DNA from: a bacterium
GTDB taxonomy: Bacteria; UBA8248; JACPRG01; G963555815
NCBI GenBank assembly: GCA_965261595.1
Contig: CBDHDG010000005.1
Span: forward strand, 160,001 to 224,000
Reading direction: 5' to 3'
DNA: 64,000 bases
Positions 29,227-39,703 of this stretch are shown here, piece after piece. The position numbers and the translations under genes were made by a program. Position 1 is the first letter of the stretch; each line of letters opens with the position of its first letter. The notes below the pieces were generated by a model. That model was given only the letters and a program-made list of their open reading frames with translations, made no database searches and was not told the DNA's origin.

Positions 29227-31503
29227 ATGTCCGAGTACACGGTCATCGGCAAGCCGCTGCCCCAGGTGAACAGCCGGGAGAAGGTGTCGGGCGAGGCCCT
29301 TTACGTTCACGACATCGAGCGGCCCCGGATGCTCCACGCCAAGGTTCTGAGAAGCCCTCACCCCCATGCCCGGATCAAGCGAATCGACCTTTCCCGCGCC
29401 CGCTCGCTCAAGGGCGTCAAGGCGGCCGTCGCCTTCGGCGACACGCCCGGTCTCGCGTGGGGTCCGATTTACAAGGAGCACTACATTTTCGCCAAAGACC
29501 GGGTTCGCTACGTGGGCGAAGAGGTGGCGGCGATCGCCGCCGCGGACGAGGACACGGCGACGGAGGCCCTGTCCCTCATCGACGTGGAGTACGAGCCCCT
29601 GCCCGTCGTTTTCGACACCGAGGAGGCCCTGGCGGAGGGCGCCCCGCTGATCCACGAAGATCGGCCGGGCAACCTGGCGCGGCACATCCATATCGAGCGG
29701 GGAGACGTGGAGCGGGGCTTCGGGGAATCGGCGGCCGTTCACGAGGCGGTCTACGATAGCCCCCATCAGTTCCAGGCTTATATCGAGCCCATGGGCGCGG
29801 TGGCCGAGGTGGACGGCGGCGGACGGCTCATCGTCCACGCGGCGACGCAAAGCATCTACTTCACGCGCGAGATCCTGTCCGAGGCCGTGGGGATTCCCCC
29901 TTCCAAGATCCGGGTGCTCCAACCGTTTATCGGAGGGGCCTTCGGCGGAAAGCTGAGCGAGGACCACGTCGCCCACATTGCGGCCTTTCTGGCGCTGGAG
30001 ACCCGGCGGCCCGTCCGGCTCATGAACAACCGGCTGGAGGAGTTTCAGGCCTCCCGGCCCCGCATGCCCGCCCGGGTATATCTCAAAATGGGCGTCCGCA
30101 AGGACGGGACCCTCGCTGCCAAAGAGACCCGAATCTACGGCAACAACGGGGCGTATAGCTGTCTCAGTCTGGAGGTCCTGCTCGTGACGGCGAACCGGAT
30201 GGACTCCCTCTATCGCCAGGAGAACCTCCGGACCGACGCCTACCTGGCTTACACCAACCTGATCCCCACCGGCGCCTTTCGGGGTTTTGGAAACCCCCAG
30301 ATGGCGTTCCCCCTGGAAAGCCACATGGACGTCCTGGCCGAGCAACTGGGGATGGACCCGGTGGAGCTCCGCCTGCGCAACACCATCCGCGCCGGCGAGA
30401 CGAGCATCCATGGCTGGCGCATCGGAAGCTGCGGGGTGGAGGAGTGCATCGAGAAGGCGACCGCCCGGATCGGATGGACCGGGAGGCGGAAAGAAGGACC
30501 CGGCGCGGGAAAGATCCGGCGGGGGATCGGCGTGGCCTGCGGCATCCACGTAAGCGCCAACCGCCAGTTGGGAGATTGGGACGGCTCTTCGGTCGCCCTC
30601 AAGATCAACGAAGACGGCAAGGCCACCCTCATCTCCGGCGAGGGCGACATGGGACAGGGCTCCCACACGATGATGACCCAAATCGTGGCCGAAGAACTGG
30701 GCATGACACCCGGGGACGTGACGATCTCGGCCCCGGACACCGACTCCACCCCCTTCTGTTTCGGAGGGTTTGCCAGCCGGTTGACGATGCTGGCCGGAAA
30801 CGCCGTGCGTCAGGCGGCGCGGGAGGCCCGGACCCAGTTGGTCGAAGTCGCCGCGGGCCAACTGGAGGCGGACCCGGGGGACCTGACCCTGGCCGGGGGG
30901 TTCATCTCGGTCCGGGGAGCGCCCGACCGAAGGGTCGGCCTGGCCGACGCCGCCAAGGGCGCGATCTTCCGCCGCGGCGGCGAGGGAATCTTCGCTCAAA
31001 CCACCTGGGACCCGCCGATGACGGAAATGGCCGACAAGGTCACGTATATGGGAAACGTCGCCCCGGCCTACTCCTTCGTGTGCATGACGGCCGAAGTCGA
31101 GGTGGATGTCGAGACCGGGCAGGTGAAGCTTGCGCGGGTGGTCGCCGCCGATGACGTCGGCAAGGCCCTCAACCCCCTGACGGTGGAGGGGCAGATCCAC
31201 GGCGAAGTGGTCCAGGGGGCGGCGCTGGCGCTCCTCGAGCACGTTGTCCACGAGGGTGGCGCCATGGCCAACGGAAACTTCGCCGACTACGGCGTCCCGA
31301 CGGCCGAATCCATTCCGACGGTGGAAAGCCTCCTGATCGAGCCCATCGACCCCAACGGGCCTTTCGGGGCGAAGGGGTGTTCGGAGACGGCGTTGGTCCC
31401 GGTGGGGGCGGCCATCGCCAACGCCATCTATCACGCCGTGGGCGTCCGGGTGACGAAGCTCCCCGTCCGACCCGCCGACCTGCTCGCGTTGATGGCGGAG
31501 TAG
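29227..31503 (+). CDS. Xanthine-dehydrogenase-family molybdopterin-binding large subunit
   Basis: RSPHPHA, GGAFGGK, AFRGFGNPQ, MGQG, GPFGAKGCSE. Confidence 0.95.
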   Translation: MSEYTVIGKPLPQVNSREKVSGEALYVHDIERPRMLHAKVLRSPHPHARIKRIDLSRARSLKGVKAAVAFGDTPGLAWGPIYKEHYIFAKDRVRYVGEEVAAIAAADEDTATEALSLIDVEYEPLPVVFDTEEALAEGAPLIHEDRPGNLARHIHIERGDVERGFGESAAVHEAVYDSPHQFQAYIEPMGAVAEVDGGGRLIVHAATQSIYFTREILSEAVGIPPSKIRVLQPFIGGAFGGKLSEDHVAHIAAFLALETRRPVRLMNNRLEEFQASRPRMPARVYLKMGVRKDGTLAAKETRIYGNNGAYSCLSLEVLLVTANRMDSLYRQENLRTDAYLAYTNLIPTGAFRGFGNPQMAFPLESHMDVLAEQLGMDPVELRLRNTIRAGETSIHGWRIGSCGVEECIEKATARIGWTGRRKEGPGAGKIRRGIGVACGIHVSANRQLGDWDGSSVALKINEDGKATLISGEGDMGQGSHTMMTQIVAEELGMTPGDVTISAPDTDSTPFCFGGFASRLTMLAGNAVRQAAREARTQLVEVAAGQLEADPGDLTLAGGFISVRGAPDRRVGLADAAKGAIFRRGGEGIFAQTTWDPPMTEMADKVTYMGNVAPAYSFVCMTAEVEVDVETGQVKLARVVAADDVGKALNPLTVEGQIHGEVVQGAALALLEHVVHEGGAMANGNFADYGVPTAESIPTVESLLIEPIDPNGPFGAKGCSETALVPVGAAIANAIYHAVGVRVTKLPVRPADLLALMAE

Positions 31504-31629
31504 GGCCGGGGAGGGCTCGCGGCGGCGGAATCCCGCGGATGGAGAACCCGGACGCGGACTGGATGGACCGGAAGAGGGCGTGCGGCCCTCGAGGGGTCCA
31601 GTCCCTTCTTTCATGAGGATTCGAATCAA

Positions 31630-32427
31630 ATGGGTGAGATCATTTCCGCGTATGCGGCCTCCCACGCGCCCCAAATCCTTGTTCGGCCGAAGAACGAGCG
31701 GAAGGAGTGGGTCGAGGAGGTCCATGCGGGCTACAACCGGATGCGGGACGAGCTGAAGGCCCTGCGGCCGGACGCCTTGATTGTCATCAGCAACGACCAC
31801 ATGGAGTCATTTTTTGCCGAGGGCTACCCGACGTTCGCGATTTTTGCCGGCGAGACCGTTTTCGGGACGTTCGGCGAGCGGTACGATCGGGATTACAAGG
31901 TTCACGCCCCCCTGGCGGACGCCCTGTTCGAGCACTGCATAGAGGCCGATTTCGATCCGACCCTCTGTAAGCGGGGATCGATGGGCCACGGCTTCGTCGT
32001 CCCGCTCCATTTTATTCTCCGGGACATGGAGATCCCCATCATCCCGATCTTCGTGAACGCCTACGCCGTCCCCCAGCCCAAGCCCGCCCGCTGCTACGCC
32101 TTCGGCCGGGCCCTGGGCGAGTGCGTCGCGAGCCGTCCCGAGCGGGTGGCGGTGCTCGCGACCGGCGGCATGAGCCACTTCCCGGGGACGGACAAGTATC
32201 CCCAACCCAACCACGACGCGGACCGCCGCTATCTGGAGATGCTGACCGGGGACCGGGCCGCCGAGTTCGGAGAGGTGACGTCCAAGGAGCTGGACGAAAC
32301 GGGCAACCCGGAGCTGAGGTCCTGGGTCACGGCCCTTGGAATGATGGGGGGCGGGACGGCCGAGCTTGTGACCTATCAGGCCAGCTGGCACATCGGCTTC
32401 GGGATGATCCGCTGGCCGTTGAACTGA
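31630..32427 (+). CDS. LigB-type (class III) extradiol ring-cleavage dioxygenase, catalytic subunit
   Basis: SHAP, NDHMESFF, GHG, GGMSH, GNPELRSW. Confidence 0.9.
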   Translation: MGEIISAYAASHAPQILVRPKNERKEWVEEVHAGYNRMRDELKALRPDALIVISNDHMESFFAEGYPTFAIFAGETVFGTFGERYDRDYKVHAPLADALFEHCIEADFDPTLCKRGSMGHGFVVPLHFILRDMEIPIIPIFVNAYAVPQPKPARCYAFGRALGECVASRPERVAVLATGGMSHFPGTDKYPQPNHDADRRYLEMLTGDRAAEFGEVTSKELDETGNPELRSWVTALGMMGGGTAELVTYQASWHIGFGMIRWPLN

Positions 32428-32449
32428 ATTCGCTGGGAGGAGATCCACC

Positions 32450-32767
32450 GTGGCGTTTTGCGCGACACCGATCCACGAAAATTCCGCCTTGAATCGCGTC
32501 TTCGAGAAGGTGATGCACGGCGCCGGGTTCCGGACGCTTTTCGTCGGGGACCGGGACAAGGCCGTCGCCCCGTTCAACCTCACCGTCAAGGAGCGCGAGG
32601 CCCTCGACACCCTGAAGCCCACGAATCTCGTCCCCCTGGGCGCCCACCCGATGCTCGTCGTCATGGCGCTCTGGCGGCTGGAGCTCGAAGGGCTGCTGCC
32701 TTCCTACACGCCCTACGGCGTCGCCAAATCCACCGACCCGGCCGACCCGGAGTATACGTATTACTGA
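32450..32767 (+). CDS. LigA-like small dioxygenase subunit
   Basis: LNRVF...FRTLFVGD...FNLTVKEREAL...LGAHPML; adjacent to LigB. Confidence 0.7.
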   Translation: MAFCATPIHENSALNRVFEKVMHGAGFRTLFVGDRDKAVAPFNLTVKEREALDTLKPTNLVPLGAHPMLVVMALWRLELEGLLPSYTPYGVAKSTDPADPEYTYY

Positions 32768-32907
32768 GGCCGGCGGATGGTCCCGGCTGACAGAGCGCGG
32801 GATGTTTGCGCAAGATTCGAGGCGGTTGGAAATCCGACTTGGCCCCGCGAATTTCTTGCAAAAGCCTCTCGTGGAGGCTTAACCTCGACGTGGGTTTCCA
32901 CTTCCTT

Positions 32908-34146
32908 TCACCTGACCGCCATTCGCCCCCGAAGCCCCAGGGCGCAGGCCGCCGCCCCCGCCAGCAGGACCGCGCCGATCAGGAACGCCTCGTCGTACCT
33001 GCCCAGGGCCTCGTAGACCAACCCCCCGGTCAAGGGCCCCGAGAACGCGCCCAGATAATGCACGAAAATCAGATAGCCGTACAGCGTCCCGAAGGACTTC
33101 GGGCCGTACAGCTCGCGCGTGGCGGCGGAGGTGACGGGGTTCGAGGCGAACAGGACGAACCCGTAAAACACCATGAAGACGTAAAGCGGCGCGGCGCTTC
33201 GGCTCATCATCAGGAGCACGAACCCCGCCGCGCGGACGGCGTAAATCGCCGCCAGGGGGATCGTCCTGCCCGTCCGGTCCGACAACCATGCCAGCGACAC
33301 CGTCCCCGCCAGGCTGATCCCGCCCGCTGTCCCCAGGATGTTGGCCGCCGTCTGATCGGCAACGCCGAGGCCGATGGCGAAGAGCGGGAAGTGGAAGAAC
33401 AGGAGGAAGTCCGTGAACCCGCAGGCGAAGTAGGTTCCCGAAAGCAGCCAGAAGGGCGCCGTCCGAAGGGCCTGCCGCACGGGAACGTTGAGGGAGGCGC
33501 CCGGAGGGTCTGTTTCCGGGGCCTCCCCGCCGCCGCCGGAATCTCCGGTCCGGTCCCGCAAGAGCGCCCACAGGAGGGGGACCACCGCCGCGAACATCCC
33601 CGCGCCGAGAATCCGGAACGCCGCGCGCCAGGACCATTCCAGGATCAGGAACTGGATGAAGGGGGTCAGGATCATTCCGCCGGCGCTGAGGCCGGCGAAG
33701 GCGATCCCGATGGCCGCTCCCCGGCGTCGGTCGAACCACGGGGCGATCACGTTGCTCACAGAGACCAGGGAGGAGAACCCGTATCCCGCCGCCATCACCA
33801 GGCTGAACGTGAGGTAAATGAAGGCCACACCGGGCGCGAAGCCGCTCAGGAAAAGGCCGAGCCCCATCAGCGCGATTCCGGTCCGGATGACGCGGGACGC
33901 GCCGAATTTCCCCATCGCCCATCCGATGACAAGCTGCGTCAGCGCGATGACGATGATGGCGGCGGAGGACACCAGGGAGACCGCCGTCCGGCCCAGGCCG
34001 AACTCCGCCAAAAGGGGTTTGAAGAAGATACCGAAGCTGTGCCAGATCCCGGCCGAGAAGAAAAGGGTGATGAAACCGCCGGCCACCACCGCCCACGGCC
34101 GGAGGACGCTTCCGTGATCCGGGCGGTTTCCACCTTGATCAGACAA
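32908..34146 (-). CDS. MFS transporter
   Basis: About 12 hydrophobic segments; WFDRRRGAAIG, LSDRTGR. Confidence 0.92.
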   Translation of the reverse strand: MSDQGGNRPDHGSVLRPWAVVAGGFITLFFSAGIWHSFGIFFKPLLAEFGLGRTAVSLVSSAAIIVIALTQLVIGWAMGKFGASRVIRTGIALMGLGLFLSGFAPGVAFIYLTFSLVMAAGYGFSSLVSVSNVIAPWFDRRRGAAIGIAFAGLSAGGMILTPFIQFLILEWSWRAAFRILGAGMFAAVVPLLWALLRDRTGDSGGGGEAPETDPPGASLNVPVRQALRTAPFWLLSGTYFACGFTDFLLFFHFPLFAIGLGVADQTAANILGTAGGISLAGTVSLAWLSDRTGRTIPLAAIYAVRAAGFVLLMMSRSAAPLYVFMVFYGFVLFASNPVTSAATRELYGPKSFGTLYGYLIFVHYLGAFSGPLTGGLVYEALGRYDEAFLIGAVLLAGAAACALGLRGRMAVR

Positions 34147-34168
34147 ATAAAAGACTCCGGGAGCGGCC

Positions 34169-34810
34169 CTATTCGTCCTGCCGCTCGATGGCCAACAGGA
34201 AGGGGTTGGCGGCGCGTTCCTGCCGGATGCTCGTCGAGGGCCCGTGTCCCGGGTGAACCACGATGGCGTCGTCCAGCGTGAGGATCTTCGTTTTGAGGGT
34301 CTCCATCAGCGTTTCGTGGTCCGCGCCGGGAAGGTCCGTCCGGCCGATGGAGCCCGCGAACAGGACGTCTCCGCCGATCAGCCGGTCGGGGAAGAGGTAG
34401 CCCAGGCTGCCGGGACTGTGGCCGGGCATGTGGACGGCGGTGAAGGCAATATCCCCCAGCGTGAAGCGGTCGCCCGGCTGGGGGTGGTGGGTGACCCGGG
34501 GCGTTTCAAACGGACCGAGGCCATACGCCGCGGCGGACTCCTGAAGGCGGTCGAGCAGAAACCCGTCATCCGGGTGGAGATGGAAGTCCACGCCCGTCTC
34601 CCGCTGGATGCGGCCCACCGCCCCTACGTGGTCCATGTGGCCGTGGGTGTTGATGATCCGGGTGAGGCGGAGGTCCTTTAGCGAAATCGCCGCGAGGATG
34701 CGCTCGGCCTCGTCGCCGGGATCGAACAGAATGGCCTCGCCGGATTTCTCATCGCTCAGCAGATAGCAATTTTCCTCAAACGCTCCCACCGTCAGACATT
34801 CAAGATTCAA
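34169..34810 (-). CDS. MBL-fold hydrolase (glyoxalase II/YcbL-like)
   Basis: THGHMDHVG, PGHSPG, GDVLF, PGHG; TTG start after GGAGGGAG. Confidence 0.92.
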   Translation of the reverse strand: MNLECLTVGAFEENCYLLSDEKSGEAILFDPGDEAERILAAISLKDLRLTRIINTHGHMDHVGAVGRIQRETGVDFHLHPDDGFLLDRLQESAAAYGLGPFETPRVTHHPQPGDRFTLGDIAFTAVHMPGHSPGSLGYLFPDRLIGGDVLFAGSIGRTDLPGADHETLMETLKTKILTLDDAIVVHPGHGPSTSIRQERAANPFLLAIERQDE

Positions 34811-34985
34811 CGCGGCGGCTCCCTCCACTTCGGCATGAGTCTTCTCCCTTCGGGTCGCGGCCCGAAGCGGCGGCCGGGCAAACCGCCGGGATTCCCGAGG
34901 CGCCCTGATTGTATCAGAGACGGCTCGACGGAAGAACGGAGACCCGGCCTCGGGCTCCCCCCCGGTCATGGCCGAGAGGGGGGGC

Positions 34986-35681
34986 TCAGATCTTTCTCAG
35001 CTCTTCGAGGATCCGGGGGACGCGGGGCCAGTCCAGGGGACCGCGGCCGATGTGTTTCCAGCGGATGTTTCCTCTCTTATCCAGAATAAAGGCGGCCGGG
35101 GACGTCATGAGGGTTCCAGTGTTATACGTCTCGTAAAGGTCCGCCAGTTGAAGGCTGGAGATCACGGGAAACGACAGCCGCAAATCAGTCGCGGTCTGAA
35201 GGGCGAGGCTCCGGCTCTCTGTTGTGACGGCGATCACCTGCGCGCCGAGCGACCGGAATTTCTGATGGTTCGCTTGGAGCGCGCGAAGCCGATTGGTGGA
35301 GGTTGTGGAAAACGATCCCCGGTAAAAGATCAGGACGACCTTCCGCTTCCCCCTGAACTGCGCGAGCGAAATCTTTTTCCCTTTGATCGTCCGGCTTTGG
35401 AAGGGCCGGAGGGGTGCTTTCATCGTGGCGGGCCAGAACATCCGCTTCGCCGTGACCCCCGCCGCGGCGAGGAACACGCCAATGACGAACCAGTGGAATT
35501 TTCGTAATACAGGAGAAGGCTTCCTCCTGCGCTTGGAACCCACATGGTTCGGACGATTGGAGGAAGAACGCCGGGGCGCAGCCGGTCTTTTGGGCGCGGC
35601 CCGGGGACCCGTTATCGGACGCTTCGGCCGGGTGGGTCCCTTGGACCCGGGTCTTCTCCCCCGATGGCCTTCTTTAGACAA
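34986..35681 (-). CDS. Membrane-anchored AhpC/TSA-fold protein lacking cysteines
   Basis: SLAQFRGK..VVLIFYRGSFSTTS...PAAFILDKRGNIRW; one TM after a basic tail. Confidence 0.8.
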   Translation of the reverse strand: MSKEGHRGRRPGSKGPTRPKRPITGPRAAPKRPAAPRRSSSNRPNHVGSKRRRKPSPVLRKFHWFVIGVFLAAAGVTAKRMFWPATMKAPLRPFQSRTIKGKKISLAQFRGKRKVVLIFYRGSFSTTSTNRLRALQANHQKFRSLGAQVIAVTTESRSLALQTATDLRLSFPVISSLQLADLYETYNTGTLMTSPAAFILDKRGNIRWKHIGRGPLDWPRVPRILEELRKI

Positions 35682-35862
35682 ACCGACTCCCCCCCTCTCA
35701 TCACCCCCGACATTTTACATGATTCGAAATCGGATCGCCTCGACGCGATCGGGGCGAGGATTGCGGCTGAATGGAGCGTGTCATCGGACGGGGGGGGCTT
35801 TATATAGATCGAGGCTTGAGCCTCAGGTCGAGGCTTGGCCTCAAAATTTCGGGATGATCCGG

Positions 35863-37275
35863 ATGAATCCTCTACAAAAAGCGGAATCGGACGCCCCCTC
35901 CCCCTCCCCCCCCACGGTCACGGTGGAAATCGAATCCCTAGCCTACAAGGGCTGGGGGGTCGGTCGATCCGACGGACGCGTGATTTTTGTGCAAGACACC
36001 TGTCCGGGGGACCGGGTCGATGTGCGCCTGGAAAGAGACCTCGGGTCGCACGGGTTCGCCCGCGTCGTCCGAATGCTCCGGAACGGCCCGGCGCGGCGAT
36101 CCGCGGCTTGTCCGGTCGCGGGGGAGTGCGGCGGTTGTCAATGGCAGCAAATCGACGAGCGGGTCCAGCGGGAGCAGAAGCTTGCCGTCTTTCGGGATCT
36201 TCTTCGAAGGATCGGCGGGATCGCGCCGTCCGACGCGGACGGAGCGCCCGTCCTCGGCATCCTCTCCCCGAGAGGTCTGGCCCTCGGCTACCGGACGCGG
36301 GTGCGAATCGCCGTCCAACCCCGGGGCCCCGCGTTCCGCCGGGGCGGAAGCCGGGAGGAAGTTCCGGTGTCCGGATGTCCGGTCGCGGTTGAGCCCTTGC
36401 ACCGGCTGCTGGCCGCGTGGGCCGAGAGGCCGCCGGCGTGGTTCGCCACCGGGGATTTCCACGAGGCGGAGGTGACTTGGTGCGCGTCGCCCGGGGGGTT
36501 TCAGGTGAACTTGATCACCCGGCCGGGACGCAGACCCCGCCAGCCGAAGAACGATAAGGATCGCGAAGGGCGCGGGCTTTTCTATGCGGTGGACGGCCGT
36601 TGGCCGGGGGGGGGGCCGCCGCGGGCCCTGAATCCGCCGGGCGCTTGGACCTATCTCATTCCCCCGGAGGCCTTGGGCCGGACGGAGGGATTGTACATGA
36701 CGGCGGGACCCGGGGAGTTCCTTCAGCCCAACCCGGCCGAGAACGCCGCGCTGATCGAGACGGTTCTGGATTTCAGCCGGCCCGCGGCGGGTCCGGGAGC
36801 GGCCGGCGAACGCGCCCTGGACCTCTATTGCGGCGTGGGGAATCTGTCCCTTCCCCTGGCGCTGGCGGGGTATGGCGTGTTGGGGGTGGATTCCTCTTCG
36901 GAGGGGATTCGGAGGGCCCGTGAGAACGCGAAGCGCAACGGCGTGGACGGCTGTGAATTCAAGGCTTTGAGCGTCGAGCGCGCCCTCGCCCGGATTCGCC
37001 GGGGAGGAGACGCGTTCGATCTCGTCGTGCTCGATCCCCCGCGGGCGGGATGCAAGAAGATCGTGGACGCGGTGGCCGATATCCGGCCGGGCCGCATCCT
37101 CTACGTGTCCTGCAACCCCGCCACCCTGGCCCGGGATTTGAAGTCCCTGGCCCAGCGGGGATACCGGCTGGCCGAGTCCCGCTTGGTGGACTTCTTTCCC
37201 CAGACGTATCACATCGAATCCGTCAATTTGCTCCTTTCGGCCGAGGTGTCTGGTGAAAGCGGTGGAATGCGATAA
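35863..37275 (+). CDS. rlmD: 23S rRNA m5U methyltransferase (RlmD/TrmA family)
   Basis: TRAM domain, CPVAGECGGCQWQ, FLQPN, DLYCGVG, LDPPRAG, YVSCNP, FPQTYHIE. Confidence 0.9.
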   Translation: MNPLQKAESDAPSPSPPTVTVEIESLAYKGWGVGRSDGRVIFVQDTCPGDRVDVRLERDLGSHGFARVVRMLRNGPARRSAACPVAGECGGCQWQQIDERVQREQKLAVFRDLLRRIGGIAPSDADGAPVLGILSPRGLALGYRTRVRIAVQPRGPAFRRGGSREEVPVSGCPVAVEPLHRLLAAWAERPPAWFATGDFHEAEVTWCASPGGFQVNLITRPGRRPRQPKNDKDREGRGLFYAVDGRWPGGGPPRALNPPGAWTYLIPPEALGRTEGLYMTAGPGEFLQPNPAENAALIETVLDFSRPAAGPGAAGERALDLYCGVGNLSLPLALAGYGVLGVDSSSEGIRRARENAKRNGVDGCEFKALSVERALARIRRGGDAFDLVVLDPPRAGCKKIVDAVADIRPGRILYVSCNPATLARDLKSLAQRGYRLAESRLVDFFPQTYHIESVNLLLSAEVSGESGGMR

Positions 37276-37320
37276 AATGAACGGGGTCCCCGGAGAGGGT
37301 CTTCTCCGGTAAGCGGAAGG

Positions 37321-38615
37321 GTGTCCGAGGAGGAACGGACTGAATTGAATTCGACGCATCCTCGTCTCCGGCCGGTCGAAGCGCATCCCCTTGAGCAGAA
37401 CGGAACGCGGGGGATTTGCCTGCGTGATCCCCACCGTTATTCGGAGAGCATGATCTTTGTCCCCGAGGGGTTGATCCCGCTGCTCCAGTTGATGGATGGC
37501 TCCCGGAGCCTGGGGGACATTCAGGCCGAGTTGACGCGCCGGTTCGGAAGCACCGTCCCCACCCAAGAGCTTCAGGCCCTGGTGGACACGCTCGACCGCG
37601 CCCATTTCCTGAATTCCGAAAACTTCGCCGCCCACAGGGCGGAAGTCGATCGCCGGTTTCTGGAGTCCCCGGTTCGCGACGCCTATCTGGCCGGGCAGGC
37701 CTACCCGGATCCCCGGATGATCTGGCCCGGTATATCGACGAGTTGTTGCTCCATCCGGACGGACCCGGCGCCCCCCCCCCCCCCCCCCCCCCCGCGATTC
37801 CGGAGAAGGGCGCCCCCGGATCCCGGAGCAACGGGACGCCCAAGGGGGCGATCCTCCCTCACATCGATTTCACGCGCGGCGGGGCGGTCTACGCCTACGG
37901 ATACCGCTCCCTGGTCGAGGCTGAACCGGCCGACACCTACGTGGTGCTGGGCACCGCCCACATGGGCGCCCGCCGGGTGTTCGCCCTGACGCGGAAGGAC
38001 TTCGCCACCCCCTTGGGGGCCGTTCCGGCCGACCAGGGGTTCATCGACCGGCTCGTCGAGGAAGTCCCGGGGGGGGGGGATTATTTCGAGGATGAGCTGA
38101 GCCACCGGGCGGAGCACTCCATCGAGTTTCAGGCCGTCCTGCTCCGGCGTCTCATCGGACGGGATCGTGACGTCTCGATCGTTCCCATCCTTTGCGGCTC
38201 GCTGCACGAGTATGTCCGGACGGGGCGCTCCCCCATGGATGACCCGGAGATCGCCGGATTCGTGAAGGGGTTGAAAAGGACCCTGGCGGGGCGGAAGGAA
38301 AAGGTCTGCGTGATCGCCAGCGTGGACCTGGCCCACGTTGGGCCGCAATTCGGCGCCCCCGAGCCCGTGGATGAGGCCCGGATCGCCGACACAAGCCGGA
38401 AGGATCACGAAATGCTGAAGCGCGTCCTGGACCGGAACCCGGAGGGCTTCTTTCAATACGTCCAGGAAGAGGGGGACGAGCGGAACGTCTGCGGGCTGAC
38501 GCCCATCTACACGATACTTCATGCCCTGGAAAGTCGCGAAGTGGAAATGATCAAGTACGGCGTGGCGCCGGACCCCCAGGGGACGGTGACCTTTGCAAGC
38601 CTGCTCGTTCATTGA
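37321..38615 (+). pseudogene. MEMO1/AmmeMemoRadiSam protein B with N-terminal extension; frameshift at ~37711
   Basis: AYLAGQAYP, PHID, GTAH, EHSIEFQ, DLAHVG, NVCG. One base is missing in a C4 run, possibly an artefact. Confidence 0.85.
37771..37793 (+). repeat. Poly-C tract (23 nt)
   Basis: Directly visible; encodes a poly-Pro linker in the MEMO1 frame. Confidence 0.9.
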
Positions 38616-38824
38616 CCCGGCCGGGTCCGGGGCGAGGGGGGGGACGGGAAGAATTCAGCGCCGGAGTTGTTCTACCCTAATGATGAGGACGGGCGCGCGG
38701 GTGCGGTTTGTCAAATCCGGAGTCGAGGCCTTATCCAAAGTCCGCCCTGTTTGTCTCCCCCGCGTCGCGGGGGGGGGAGGGAGGGGGGCGGGGGGCTGGG
38801 GCGCGCTGAATCGGGGGGATCCGA

Positions 38825-39703
38825 ATGACGGATGAACACAAGATTTCTCCGCCGGATGAGATCCGCCGCTTCCTGCGCTCGGCAGAGGTCCGATTGCGCC
38901 TCTGGTCCCTCCTCGAGGCCGGCCTGTGGATTGTGGCCCTGGGTTGCTTGGTCCTGCTCTTGGGAATCGGTGCCCGGGCGCTTCGGGATCTCTGGGCGTT
39001 CACACCGCCGGTCTACGCCGGCCTCGCCGCCGCCCTGGCCGTTTGGGCGCTTGTCCTGCTGGCGTCCCGGGGGTTTCGAAAAATCCCCCCGGACCAGGTG
39101 GCCTTCCTCATCGAGCAGCGCCACCCCGGACTCAATAATTCGCTGATCAGCTCGGTTCAGTTGACGGCCTCCGGCCGGCCGGAGAGCGCGGGGGAGGACC
39201 CGGAAGGAAGGGCTCCCGCCTCGGGCGGCTCCGCTTCGCTGATTGGCGCCCTGCTTGCGCGGACGGCCGACGCCATCGGGCGCATCGCGCCCGGCGACGC
39301 CGTCGACCGGTCCCGTTTGCGCGGACCGCTCCGGGCGGCCGGCGTCCTGGCCGCCCTCACCCTGGTGGTGGGCGGGATCGGGCCGTCCGCCCTGGCGGGC
39401 GCATGGCGCCTCCTGACGCACCCCATCCAAAGCATGCCCCCGCGGGCGCTTCTCATCGAGACCGCCCCCGCCGCGGGCAGGGTCCTGCTGGGCCGTCCGG
39501 TGACCCTGATCGCCCGCACCGCCGGGCGGCGGACAAAAACGCTCAGCGTCGAGATCGCCCCCGAAGGGGAAGGGGGAAGGGGGGGAGCGCCGCGGGTGGT
39601 CGAGATGACGCGCGGGCCGGATGGACCGAACGGGGAGGGGAGGTTCAGTCACCGGACGGGTCCCGTGAGGGCCTCCTTCACGTATCGCGCGTTCATCGGG
39701 GGC
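38825..39703 (+). pseudogene. N-terminal part of a DUF4175-like membrane protein, truncated
   Basis: Two TMs, AFLIEQRHPGLNNSLISSVQL, a third TM and a beta-rich domain that ends abruptly at ~39700. Confidence 0.6.

Noticed and set aside
28882..31800. Long antisense ORFs (972 aa here; also 9949..11334, 35938..37635, 42458..43984, 48412..50145, 62184..63959)
   Set aside because: Shadow frames of high-GC genes on the opposite strand; no family motifs.
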